Shown here: positions 14,090 to 27,800 of the stretch, in pieces | Layout of the letters: each line of letters starts with the position of its first letter | How positions within the stretch are numbered: the stretch's first letter is position 1 | Origin: Balanoglossus misakiensis | Lineage: Eukaryota; Animalia; Hemichordata | Assembly (NCBI GenBank): GCA_040954595.2 | Contig: CM082589.2 | Location: 3,920,213 to 3,984,212 of the forward strand | Length of the DNA: 64,000 nt | Direction: 5' to 3' | Made by a program: the position numbers and the translations under genes | The notes under the pieces: generated by a model | What the model saw: only the letters and a program-made list of their open reading frames with translations | Told to the model about the DNA's origin: nothing | Databases searched by the model: none

Positions 14090-14165
14090 CCTCTCTATCT
14101 TTATCTGAATCTGTCTGTTTGTCTATCTGTCTCTCTCTCTCTCTCCCCCTCTCTCTCCTCTCTAC
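14090..14165. repeat. CT-rich / (CT)n low-complexity microsatellite
   Basis: Run of ctctct/tctg motifs. Confidence 0.8.
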
Positions 14166-17100
14166 CTCCCAACCCATTCTCTGACTATCTATCGGTCTCT
14201 GACAACCTCTGTCGCCCAGGCTCCGACTAAACGGATTCAAGTGTGTTCATACGCCAAATAAATACTTGTTTGATCTTGACACCAAGGCGGCGATAAAAAA
14301 GTTACTGTTTCCGTTTCCGCAACAGAATAACGAGATGAATTATGTACGGGATTGATGAGGTGGTCATATGTTTGTTTTAACATTGCACACAATTGGCCTT
14401 GGAACTTGTTCGAGCAAATAAAATATCATATCATAAATTAAACCCTTACTCTATAACTGATTTATTAATGATACCAATCAATGATGTAAAAAAGTCCCTT
14501 TTCTTCTTTTTCTTTTTACCTTATTCTGCCCTATTGGTATTTTAATATTTGAAAAAAGCCATATAACATTACGATAAAATTAATCGTAGTTCGCCCTAGT
14601 TTTGTAAAATAGCCAGAGGGACGTTCGTGTTCTTTATTTAAGTTGTTCAGTTTTTGCAAATGTAAACATTGATTCATCGCCCGAGAAACCGATTTAGTCG
14701 GCTTAATGCATGTACGCCATTGGGGCTGCTTCCCACGAAATGTGAAATGCGCGCTATTTTCAGGTCGGTTCATTTTTGATTTTGACCAGGAGGGAAATAT
14801 CTTGAATATGGGTACTATAATCGTCATTAAAATTGACATTTGCATGCCTCGTATATTAAGAATAGATTTATGGCCTCTGTCAGCTTCGGCGGTTCTGTCT
14901 TTATGTACGCATTTACCAAAGAGGTTGCGATACAATGTCAGATGTGCAAAAATGCATGTCTGTCTGAAAACTACTGCAGTTGTCGTTTGGCAGAGGGTAC
15001 TTTTGAAAACGTCACGTCGCTCCATTTTTGAAAGTGTTCTTAAGACAATCATTTGTGGTTGCTTAGTTAAAGTCAATATTTCGCTGACCTTTTGAAAAAT
15101 GTCGCGTGTTTGCTTCTTAAGGACCACTGTGGACCGATAAATATCTCGCCTCAGAGCTAAATATATTTACGACATTAATAGCGATAATAAGATGTCTGGT
15201 CATATTCGAAAATGTTTCTCGCAACCATTCATTTCGCGGTTAACAAGAATTTAATGGCTGAGCAAGTAAGACAATCTGTGTTACAACTAAGCAATTGGAC
15301 GTAGGGCGAATGCATGAAAAACTCGTTTTAGTAGTTTCGCCTTTCTCGTTTTGGCGATAAAATTCTTATTAAACCCAGATGAATGATGATTATGGGAAAT
15401 ATTCATATGAGATTTAATTCAAACACAACATGAAGGATGGATCTCTGTCAGGCGTAATGAATTTTATCGAAATTCATCGACCTCTGTGACAAACCGCGCG
15501 TGCTAATCCTGTTCCTATATGATTCGTCTTCGCATCGTCATTCAAAGTCGCGTTGAACATATTTGCTGTCGGTGAGTCACGTGCTTGTTTTCACCCCCGC
15601 GAGGACTTCTGCGAGACTTCACACGTTAGGTAGCTTTGGCAGTTAGCGTATCCGCGGGATTATTTTAAGCCACCCTGGAGATTTCCTTTCGTGATTGTAT
15701 TAGCCACGAGTAAATAAAACTACCCACGAGACGGTAATCCTTTCCTCGTTACCACCACGGGAAAATAAAGACACGTTGACCTGCAGAGCTTTGACCTCCA
15801 ACAACAAGAGCGATTTTCACCACTGGTAACATCAGATTGCTGTTTGCATTAATAACACCCCTATGCGCGAATCGAATGGACTTGGCAAGGGCATGTCGAC
15901 TCCTGTATTACGCAGTGGTAGACTTTAAAAATGACATCGTATAACGGCGATAGGTGGCATTTTCCTCCGACGATAAGCAGCGTCGCGCGGTAAAAATAGA
16001 ATCCACTCGAGAAAATCGCAGACGTCGGCTTTCTTTGCACAAGGCCGACGGAACCACACATACTAAGAACAAAGTGGCTTTCTTCGTTGCACGACGTCTA
16101 AGGTTAATAATCCAATTAAAACAGACTTGGCTAATCACCGGCTTTCAGTTTGTTAAACGTGTGGCCGAGAGTGGCATCCCTTTGTAACGGGGCGTCCACG
16201 ACAACGCGGAGTTGTTAACACGGTCGAACAGATGTAGATGTCGTTGTGGCGGTTTAGGACGTGGTCCAGACTAGACGACCATGGCGACAGATAATGAAAA
16301 GAATATAAGGCAGATAGGGTTTTTAGACATCGAATCATATCAAACAGATGCCTGGAAAATTACTGAAGGGGCATGCACTCCACGAAAAGTCTGTAACAGC
16401 TATAAATACAACCGAATCATTAGTCAAGTCAGGTCGTCCATGTTTTGTATAGGACACCCGGAGAGATGGTGGGTTTTTGTGATTTCAACATGAATGTGTA
16501 ATGTTGAAACGAATGACTCAGTAATTGTCAGCATCTGAGGTCAATGACCTGAGAAAATTGGCGTTTTCTCGTTGTAATAATGCGCTGCTAGAACAGAGTA
16601 TTTTAATTACAACATTTCTAAGGTCCATAAGACAATAGACCAGAACAAAATCACTATGTATCATTTCGTTTGGTTGTTTTAATGCCACCTCAATATGACA
16701 TGTGTTTACAGTACATACTTTAACAGAAATTACGTCATCAATATATTCTTTTGTCTAGTCTGTAAAGTTTGAAATGTACCACACAGTCAGTTGATGGGTG
16801 TCCCCGTGTTGAAGGGGCATGGGTTATGATACTTACATGTAAATGCATGAAGTTTCTTGTCATACTTGTGGGGGGTAGGGCACGAGGCATCAAATACTGA
16901 TGCAATATTAATCACATTTTATCTTGGCCATTACAGTTGCAAAAGGGAAAGGCAAACATCTGGTTCTGAGATTACGTGAGAGACACAGATTAGATAATGG
17001 CCAATTAAGAACTCTGACATGTTGCAATCAGGATCGCGTGAACTCTGTACGACTTTCATGTGTCAACGACGCCATGTTTGGACCGTCCGATATGCAGGCA

Positions 17101-18299
17101 AGAAACAAGTAAAATCGCACAAGCACGTGTCGTGACATAATTTTGCTCAACTTTGACATTATGTTTCCAAACCCTAGCAAATAATTACATCTGTAATCGT
17201 TTCATTGACTTGCCAGGTCGCTATACGAAAATACGTAAACATATATTCTCGCGGACTACAGGCGCATATTTCCGCTCCACGATGAAAGAATCAAACATTA
17301 AGTTGTTGCCGTAAAGAGGCAACTATACGGTTTACGACAATGGTTTAATATACTAGTATACTGTATCGACGCAAGAGACCGAGAAATATAAACTTTCCCA
17401 TATTGTGTCTAAATCAGGATCCTTGGACCTTGCTGTTTTTGCTTACTTTTTGCTGTCTGCTGACGTCATACATATTTGTGCACCCTAAACCCCACTTAAC
17501 CCCTCTCCCTTCCTCCCAACCTTCCAATGGACCATTCTGACTGCGACAGAGTTTGCCCATAGCTTGGTGGATGAAAACACTAAACAGTGCTTGCCTCACT
17601 GCCGTCATGTGTCTTTCAACAGAAACAAACCCAGACATTTCAGACGAACAAACACCCGTGTCTGCTTAAATCAGAATTTTAGTTGGCCATTTTGGGTGTA
17701 ACTCAATGAACAGGCAGGATATTTATAATAAATGAAGACTATGGAGACTTACATTTTCTTTTAGAGGAACGGGGTTAACACTTCAAAATAACTGCAGGTC
17801 ACCTTCCGCCCGTTCTGTAAAACAAAAGAGATAGACACCCTCGTTGATTGAGCTGACGTATGGTTCGTATCAAGCATGTTATTCGACTGCATTCTATAAT
17901 TGATATAAACAACAAGTTAACATTTTAACACCTAGATGTCGCGATAGTCCTTGTAAATCTCGTCGAGTTAATTGAGACACGCTGTCGTGAGAGTGTAATC
18001 CTATAAGCCAGGTACTAACTCAACATTTTTATTGATTTACCAACTTGCAGGCGGGGGAAGTGCGTTTTATGGTCCATTTTCACTCGTTGCTCGGGGTCAC
18101 GGGGTCACAGGAGGGCCTTAAATCACGAGAACTGATCAATGATAGACTTTAAGTGAACGTACATCGGATTGTCGAGAATGGAAGAAACATGACGTCACAT
18201 CGTCTAATAAATCCCCATATCCTCTCACTTTTTTGTACATATTTTACAGGTTTTAACAAATTGGGATAATAAAGGGAAGATTCTGGATGTGTGTGGGCT

Positions 18300-18834
18300 A
18301 TGATGGACGGGACACCAGGAAATACAGGCGCTGGTAAGGGCCGCGGGAACGCGACGAACTCAAGCCGCGGAATGAGGAACAGGAATACTGCTGACTTCGG
18401 CAGCTCGCCCCGGAGCTCGAAACAGGAAGAGCAGTTTAGCATGGAAAGCCCTTATAGGGAGAGGAATCCGGAGCGGCCGGCCAAGGAGCGAAGCGCCGCT
18501 GATAAGTCGACGACGCGAGGAAGTGGCTCCACTAATAAAGGCCTGCGCGGTGTTGCCAAGGGTGACAAGGCGAACTCTCGCGGGGTGATCATGGACACCA
18601 CGCATCTGTCGGCCGGGATCGGGGACCGGAGAAATTCCCGCGGGGTGCTCGAGCCAGCGTACCTGACCAGGGGCATGGGCGACAGGAACAACTCGAAGAG
18701 CGCGATGGAGAAGAAGGGGGTGGCGGAGACCAACGCGGTGGGCGCCATGACCAGACCCAACTCCATCTCGGGGACTATCGTGCAGATGAACGCCAACAGC
18801 GCGTCCACAAAATCCCTGGATTCCAGCGACAAGG
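18300..18834 (+). CDS. TRPC paralogue 1, coding exon 1 (low-complexity N-terminal extension)
   Basis: GC-rich open frame [12 protein letters not shown]...DSSDK. Acceptor ttttacag at 18249. Donor G|GTGAGT at 18834/5 (phase 1) joins exon 2 as Gly. It has no recognisable homology, so linkage rests on phase and composition. Confidence 0.75.
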
Positions 18835-21800
18835 GTGAGTAACTTCATTCAAAAGTTTTCTATGTGGTGTCACTTTTTGCGAAGTGCATCCGCTTTTAAT
18901 TCTGATAGCAAAGGCATTTCTCCCACTGAAGCACCCCGTGCGTCAAGAGTCAGACAGAATTCGGACATAAGTCAAAAGGAATAAGTTAAGAGTTGTTCTA
19001 GAAAAATCCCAACTAAGTCTTCGGGACTGCCTTTATTGAGAATTTCGTTTCAGTCTGGTCGTATCAGCAAAGTAGCCGCGCTCAGCTTAGAACGACTTTC
19101 TCTTAAAGGCGCAAAATGACAGAATCTAAAACATAAAAAGACAGACTGACTAGTCATAAATATCGAAATATTGTACGAAACTCAAACCTAACTCTAAAGT
19201 CAGACACCGTATAAACATATCGACACGCTTCAAACTCTATGCGAACTATGCGACCAGAGAGAAATTTGACCACGTAAAGTTACGCATTACTATTCCAAGA
19301 TTTCTATATTAATCCTTCAAATTGGATCCGTTTTCCTCACTTGTTTACATATCTCTCTTCGTTCAGGGAATCCGAAATCATACAAATGACGGAATGTTTG
19401 ATTACTTTATAGTAAGTGGGCTGTTTGCTCGACTCCCACACACTGTGAGGAAGGGGAGGAAAATTATATTTCTTTGCCTCGTCAATTTAAAAGAAATGTA
19501 ATTTGTGCAACTGGAAAATGCGGCTCCTTACACTTGCTTATAATCTGGCCGTGCCTAGTCTAAACAGTAAATCACGAAATCCCGTTTAGTTACGCTGTGT
19601 GTGAAATAACATCGCCTAATAACCCAGTTAATGTTTTATGAGTGTTCTCGATTGAATTGAGATTCCAACGTGCTTCCTACATGTACCTTCCGCGCTCCGT
19701 TAATAAAGCGTAATTAGGGCAGACTGGCCAATTTAAACGCGCGTGCAATGTCGTTTATACGTGGTGGATATATATCGTATTTGGACGTGACGTTACTGTC
19801 ATGGTCATTATCGCAGTTTTGCCGGCGCACTGGGCCAAATTGGGGGTCGGTGACGGTATTTCAAACTTGTCTTGTCGGTTCAGCTGAATCAAATCACTCG
19901 GCGGCCTGTTGATATAACCGAAGTTCTCTGCCGTTTGACAAGCACGCAGTCTGATAAAAACAGAACAAAGTCCCACGTGGTGGAGAAGTGGAGTTAATGG
20001 GCGAGGGGAGAAATTCCAGGCGAAATGAAATTACTTATTCCGCGGCATGTGGGGATAGCAAAGAAGTGAGAAACGTCGCCTGAATGGAATGTGAAAATCT
20101 GACACGTCACCGTACCGCATTTATTTTTCATCAGCTTTCAAAAACGCGTATCAAAGACTTTTGACCCCCGTCAATATTTCAATAATTTGATTGCTAGCAA
20201 AGCGTCCGTTTGCCTTTAATCGGAATTAAGCTGATTCGTCCAGTGGCCGGGTTGTACACACAGCTTGAAATATTTATGAAATATCAAGATACGTGCCATG
20301 AAGACTTTACAACAACACAGGCTTATCATTTCCATGGTGGCATAAGGGCAGTATACATATCATCGCAAAAGAGCTGTCATTAGTACTACCTGGGGCAGAC
20401 AGACAGGCAGACAGGCAGGCAGACGGACGGACAGACAGACCAGGCTTGTGGCCAGGCGGAGTTCGAGTACTGGTGTAATCAGCAGATGTTGGTATGGCAG
20501 GGGAAAACGCGAACACGCATCGACTGAGTATGTAAAACCACGCAGATACGAGATGCGGCGCGGATAATTTTTTATCAACAATGACATCAACCTGGCGCCC
20601 CTTTTCCATTTTCGGTCTGACATTTCGTGTAATTAACTTCATTTACCACAATATATCACTTACCCGGTCTGCGTTGCATGATGCCGAGTAACTGCACACA
20701 ATTTTTTCAAAAACAAATACAGCTGTGTAATGATTAAATCTACTACATCATTTGGTACGACGCGAGTGATTGGCCGGCGAACAATAATAATCTCCAGTCG
20801 GCAAATCAACACCTCCCATTGACCGTTCAGTGATTGGCCGGCGAACAATAACAATCTCCAGTCGGCAAATCAACACCTCCCATTGACCGTTCCGTGATTG
20901 GCCGGCGAACAATAACAATCTCCAGTCGGCAAATCAACACCGTTACCATTGACCGTCGTTACAAGTGCACGAAATTTTAATAACAAGTGGAGTAGACAAA
21001 TCATTAACACTGAATCGATATTTTTGAAAGTGCTACATGAGAGGTCTTTTTCTGCCCACTCGAGCGTCCATCAAGAGTTGTTTGTATAGCAATAGATCAA
21101 GTTACTTAGTTTAAAATTCAGTTCAAAGCCGCGCACTCGTCGGAAATTTGCAACAGTATGCCGCTTGGAAGGCCAATTTATTGCAATAATATTCGTTATT
21201 ATACCGATTCCTGAACCGTTATGGTTAAATGAGGCAAATTCTACACCAATCGTTAAATTCAATGGCGTCGCGTTTTTTGTATGGTTTACAATTGCAAAGT
21301 ATATGCGCTCGTTCAGATGCTGCTTACGCTCGGGTGAACGCTCTCCAACGGCATCCGACCGTATACGGAAGATAGGAGTCTGGCAAAACTACATAGTCGG
21401 CAATGGCTCTCATAATTCCCATTTTCGTGTTTTTTTTTCGAAATATATAATTTATTTCTCTGTTTACTGCGACACTCACATTATTCGCTGCATTTGTATA
21501 CATTGACACCACGCACTTTGACACGATCCACATGCAATACTAGTATATTGAAATCCGTTAGCAGTACTTACTATAACGCATCGTACATGGAGGGTACACT
21601 GAGGTCGCGCTTTCTCGTAAAATCACCTGGTCGTACATTCTGCTGAAGAGAGCTTTATGACAGCAACACACATCCCTGTACATGCACTGGAATATATAAG
21701 AAAGGGAAAGGAAAGTGGTCAATTTTGAAGACGTAAACATGTAGACCAGCGACTATAATATAATATAACATTACTCAACCAAGACTGCGTGTAGGGCTAA

Positions 21801-24800
21801 CTCACATTGTCTATTGGCGATGCAATTGGGGCGACATAAACGTGAGAGCATCGGCGCAATGTAAACTCAATCAGGAGCACGGGTACAGTGTAATGTAACG
21901 ACGTCGACGAAGCTAATCACGGCATTACGTAGGACGCGAAACAAACCGTTTCTATCTTCATTCGTTTCCTCTCGGTCGTAATAGGCGCATGTCCGCGAGG
22001 AGTAATCACATAGAGTATATAGGTATTAGCACAGTCCCGCGGTATAAGGCTGTGTACGTGACAATCGAGCGACCCCGTGGACACCTCTGTTGTCGATATC
22101 CGTGACAATATGCGTCGATGAAACTAACATCACGTGGTATGAAATTATGTAACGAGATGTACTTTTGAAATAACCCAGTGTTCAATGGCAGTCGCTCCGC
22201 CTTGACTACTCTAGATTTTATTATCTGCTCTGTTACACTATGTACTTCTAAAAAAAGTCACATTTACATAATTGTGAGCTTCAGAATTACATATACTCAC
22301 GAACTCATACGTTGGGCTTATGAGAAAATGAAAAATATTTGCACTGCGCACAAGTAGGTGCGCCTTTGCACAATCTCCGCGAATCGGGGCAACTGCGCAG
22401 TTTCACTTGTTGAGATTGGAGATGGGAGCAGTGTCTCGCATCACGTGACCGTCTTTTTATGGTATTCGGGCATATTCACCACGAAACAGCGGGTACCGGT
22501 CTCGCTGTTGTCAGTCAGTTTCCCGGATTTCTCCCGCGGAGCGTCGGAGAATGGCAGCCGCCTCTCTCGCTCTCTCTCTCTACTACCGTCCCGCTCTTGA
22601 TTGATCCCGGTCTCTTCTTGATATGTTGAGGGTTGCAGGTGTCACCTGGCGTTTTGCCGAGGCAGCGGCGGAGAAACTCTACCTGGCGGCCATCGAGAAG
22701 GGAGACAAGAAGGCCGTGCTGCACAGCCTGGAGAGCGGCAATTCCGCCCGCTTCAACGTGAACTGTATCGACGGGGAGGGGAGGACCGGCCTCGTCATAG
22801 CAATCCAGAACGGTAACACAGGTAAGTTGACACTCTATACTATAAATTACTCTCCGAACACCTGTTTTATATAATCTAATTTTAGAGAAAGTCTGACAAA
22901 AATTAGACAGGGAATTAACGGTTATCGCCAACTTCTTGGGCAGCTATTCGGTGGGTGTGAATGCCCACAAAAATCACTTGGAAATGATTAGAAATTAACA
23001 TAACCATAAACATTTATCGTTATGTTTTATTCCTTGTTCGACATTACCGCTGTGGTACACCGGGAGGGATATTGACTTTTAATAGCCCTGGAAAATGTCA
23101 AATTCCTAAATTCATGAAAATTGACATAAATTTCTGGAAACGTTCGGTTGTTTTATTGCGCAAAAGTGTCAAATTAGTCACTTCTTTGCTGAAGGCACGC
23201 GCGCGGTAATCAGTAACGTCAACTTTTTTCGCTCTCTGACTCCATCAATACTGATCTGTATTACCTTAGGAACGCGCACTTAATCAACGTTACTTTGTTA
23301 ACGCTAGAGATTTAACCCTCGTGTAGAGCGCACATCGCCGTTGTCAGCGAATCCTAGCTTTGGAAATTTCGCTTTATTTCGTTATCACAGACGATGTTGT
23401 CTGATATCGTGGCGAGGGGCATGATGATAACGTATAGTTGCTTCAGCGCTGACAAGGCGCGTCGAGCCTGACAGTCATCCGACTCGTGCTCATGTGAGCC
23501 GAATGTACCATTTGGTCTTCAAGCGTGTTCAGATAACAGTCCAGGCAGATTATAGTACGCGGTTCCCAGTGACGCAGTTTGTTAAATGGTGCATGCACGA
23601 TACATTGGCTGCGCTAGCGCTCAGGGAGAATTAACAAAGCGTGCTCTCGGATAAGTCCCCCGTCCCCGCGCAGTTATATCTCTTTGCTGGCAGCAGAATT
23701 ACAAGCGCAATCTACGGCACGTCAGTTTTATATTGATGTGAATTGATGGCGCAATATTCCCTAATATGGCATCCGGGTTTGCCTCGGGTTTATCACTTCA
23801 AAATCTTGAGCTCCGACTTGCAGATATTAGGTGCTACTGCTAAGATACATTGTAGGCGTTCTAGGAGTGTAAGGATGTCTGTCTACACTTCTGTCACTCT
23901 GTCTATCCCACCTTTACTGTCTCTTATAACAAGTCCTTCCCATCTACCAGTGTGATATAAAATGTGCATATCTCCCTGCAGGTATGTATGAGTCAGATTC
24001 GGTACTGTTCATATACCTATCTGCCAGATCAAGTCTCCCAGTCGATCGAAGAATTCACCTTTACCTGTTCTAGATAAACTATAAGCACGTGACAAATCCG
24101 AACGTCCCCCCACAAATCTCTGTTAATTAAGAGACATTCAGCTGTGTGTCGAAACGATCGTTTGGTCGTCCGGGCGATATGACGACGTGAAATTTCATGA
24201 GGTCGATAGGGGTCGGGGCACTACAAGTTACACTGTGGCGAATCTGACACCCAGTGAGATTCCCACTGTGAGCTCTATCAGTGATATCATTATAGTTGTG
24301 TGATGTTGAATTCCAATAGACACGTACAATCTCTCTTCGATGGACCTCGAAGATATCATTGGCGTCACGGCCGCTCCCTCCTTTCTTTCCTTCGTGATAA
24401 AGCTTCCTATCTGTAACTAACCTTTGTTGGCACACGACCGGTGTTTACATGTAAAACCCGAGCGTTATCACTATAGGGTTAGTTGAAACCAAATGTTGAC
24501 CGTGACGATTGACGAGGGGTATCACATATGCCATCGTGGCGTATGTGACACTATCACCCTTGGGGGGAATCTCGACAATGAGGTATTATTAAGATCGTTT
24601 CAAAGACTGGGAGAGATAGGGCCTAGTAGTGACATTGAACCTGTGCCGCGGTGTTTCACAGCCATCGATCTCCGTTATTAGAAAACGCTAATGAGGGATT
24701 TGCACAGAGCGAGATGATGTGTTTTGGGGGAATCGGTCGGATGTGTTAATGTACCGGATTTTCTTGTACGAGGTCGCGCAAAGACTTCGATTTGACAGAT

Positions 24801-27800
24801 AATGCGGCAAACGCCGCACTGAACCGTAAACACGGCGTATCTGATTCGTAAATGAGATTACAATCACCGTTCTGACTGGAATTCATCCCAGCGAATCGTT
24901 GGCGTCGGGGACCGCATTACGGTTGAATTCATCCAACCCATTGACTTGAAACATCAACAGTTTCAGAATGCAGCAGATAGATTTTCACTCTTCCATCACG
25001 CCGCTCCGAATCACACGTACATGTAAACCACGAATCCAAGCATATCCAAGCCACTGCTATCGAATGAAATACGACCAACCTATTGCGAAACATTATTATT
25101 TTTGATATTTATGGTTGAGAAGTAACCACATGCTAACCCGGGCTCCGCGCACACATAAATTGTGTACATCATTATATCGAACTTATTACGTAAATCGGAA
25201 ACGGTTTCATGTGAACAATATCTTATTTTAATATACAATTCATCCGCGTCACTATGACTCAAAATAAGCATAACGACTAATTAATTTAGCCTGGGGATTA
25301 ATTTATTCAAATCGTGTCAAGCATTATGAACAAATAGTCTAATCTCTATACAAGTAACCAGCAATCGCTTCTTCAATATTTAGATATAGTATTAAATTTC
25401 ATGTATTGATGATGATGTCGTTCTTTTGACGCCGAGAAAGGATCTCTTTGAGTTAATCCTCATGAATGAAAATTACATATATTAACCATATCCACATTAT
25501 ATTCGTATTCAATACGCCAATTATTCTGATAACCACTCTATCGATATAACAGCAAAGCATAATCCAGTTTGCACTCTGAAAATAATCAAAGTCACCGCTT
25601 TGGGTTATTTCATGCTTCTATTTACTATGTCCGTTTGTTCCTTCTTGAAATTGTTAGCATGAGATTGCACGGAAAATTCTGGCGAGACTTTGTTCGTGCG
25701 CAAACACTCGCAAGCGAGGATTTGTGTACTTGCCACTTTACGTCATCATTTCATGCGCAATACGTAAATACCGCACAGGTTGATCTTGTTTGTGGTCCAG
25801 CAGATCAGACTATACCAAATTCGCACGTCCCTTAGAAACAACGACAGATGCCTTCTTTATTTTAGCGGGGTTTTTACTCGTAACGGAAGCAAAACACTCA
25901 GGATTTCTGTCAAGTAGCCCGCGAAACAAATCTCTCGATTGTCGTCAAACCTTCCCTACTCTTTTGGAGTACTTAGCCGTTGCCCCAATAGCACCTACAA
26001 TAAAGATATTGGTAACTAAAAATAGCCAAAAAATTAATCACTTTTGTTTATGCAATCCTCATTGGGAAAAGGCGGTGACTTTGATTATTTGAAACTTAAT
26101 TTTTTAAATATTTCCATTTCGCATGAGGATGTAACTCCGGATAAGGCTGTTTAAACAGAGAAGCCTTTTTGATTTTCCGAAATATCAGAAATCCTGAAAA
26201 TCGCCTGATGTACGTGTACATGCTCAAATTGAACTTACCACCGGAGGCGACTCGCATATGCCTGGTTAAAGTAACATCGTTGACGAAACACTGTCTTTGC
26301 CCCTGCAGAGCATAATTCATCGCAAGTGGCATTTTTCATACGAAAATGTAATTACGAGTCAACTTTGCTCACTAAAAGGCCATTAGACTGATTTTCTCGG
26401 CGCTGATTTTCTGGCACAGCGAGACAGAAATCTCCACTTCCTACCGCCCTGTTTTGAATAACAAGTTCAAAGCCACACGCCAAGATCATTATACTTAATA
26501 GCCGTTTGATTGTGCGCGCAGCGGAGCGATGTACTTTTCGCGCAGAATGGGTCCATTTCTTAATACGCGCAAATTATAATTACGTCATTGCTAAAGTGAA
26601 AGTGTGATACATCAACAGCAAAGTACACAACCTGGGAGTTTTATTTACTTAAACATTAACTTGCAAGTAGAGCACTGCCAACTTTGATAAGGTGATTGAT
26701 GGAACCTTGTGGCGACTAAATCAAGAAGCAACATGACCGTAATAATCTATCTTTGTGCCCGGCGGACCCCCTGGGGATTATCCGGATAAGACGTCGCGTG
26801 ACATATTCCATTGTGAAGGAAAATAAGATTACGTCCACTTCTCGGAAAATATCTTCTTAGTTTTCAGTGCCGTGGCTACTAGTTTTGTCACTAGGAAGTA
26901 TTGATCGCGGCTGATGCCCTGCTGGGAGTATGTATTCACTTGGTAATGACTCGACACCTACTCAATCACTTAGGTCATCAGCTCAAAGCCGTGGCCAATT
27001 CCAGTTATGGGTCCCTTGGTGTGCGCATGCCCGGGACGCAAAAGTGAGCCCCACCAACCAAGATGATGTAAACCCTATTTTTCAGGTAGAGGTTGGAAAT
27101 ATTTTGTAAAATGCTGAGCTAGTACTTTGCTTGCACTCCCAAGCAACATGTCTCCTAATATCGACCAAGCAAGTAACACGCAGATGTAAATGACTTAACG
27201 GATAGAATAACACGACGTGACCTCGACATGAATCTATAATCTTACAAATATAATAAAAGACACGGCGAAAGAGGCTTTCACTTTTACAGGTATGTACTCC
27301 AAGCATACTCTCCTTCCTCCGTGGATACATAAAGCTAAAAATTCGTTAATGTTTTACGGGGTCTTTCTCTCCGAATCTCCTTGTTCAGATTAATTCCGAA
27401 TTTTTTTATTGCGGTTCTAAGCCGTTACGGCGAAGTCGGTGATTGCTTTGTCTGACGTGAATACAGTACAATGCGTGATGGAAATCTTTGTAATCAGCGA
27501 GCACGTACCCCCTATCCGGCGTTGTGGCGGCGATTTTTTTCTCTACCAAGGGATTCTCGGAAAGGGAAGGTCAATGATGCGGGTAATTGTTGCCGTGAGA
27601 TAAAGACGGTGCCCGCCATCTAATGGCTAGATCTAATTTTCATTAAAGGCACGGCCGCATTAATGTTGCCCTTGTGCTTTTTGTGAGTTTCTTGACGTCG
27701 AGTGACTTTAAAGGGCGGCGATCGTCTTATGCGCATGTGTCAAACCAGAGACTCTGTCTACAATAATTGTATATAGTCAATGCCATAAGATGGCGGCGAC

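Noticed and set aside
14531-15127. 198-aa minus-strand ORF and overlapping 129-aa plus ORF
   Set aside because: No recognisable domain, non-ATG start for the longer ORF, intron-like composition and no convincing splice context.
18360-18848. Antisense ORFs over exon 1 (and similar ones at 47495-47893, 49165-49549, 60670-61203, 63340-63612)
   Set aside because: Shadow ORFs caused by GC3-rich codon usage of the TRPC exons.
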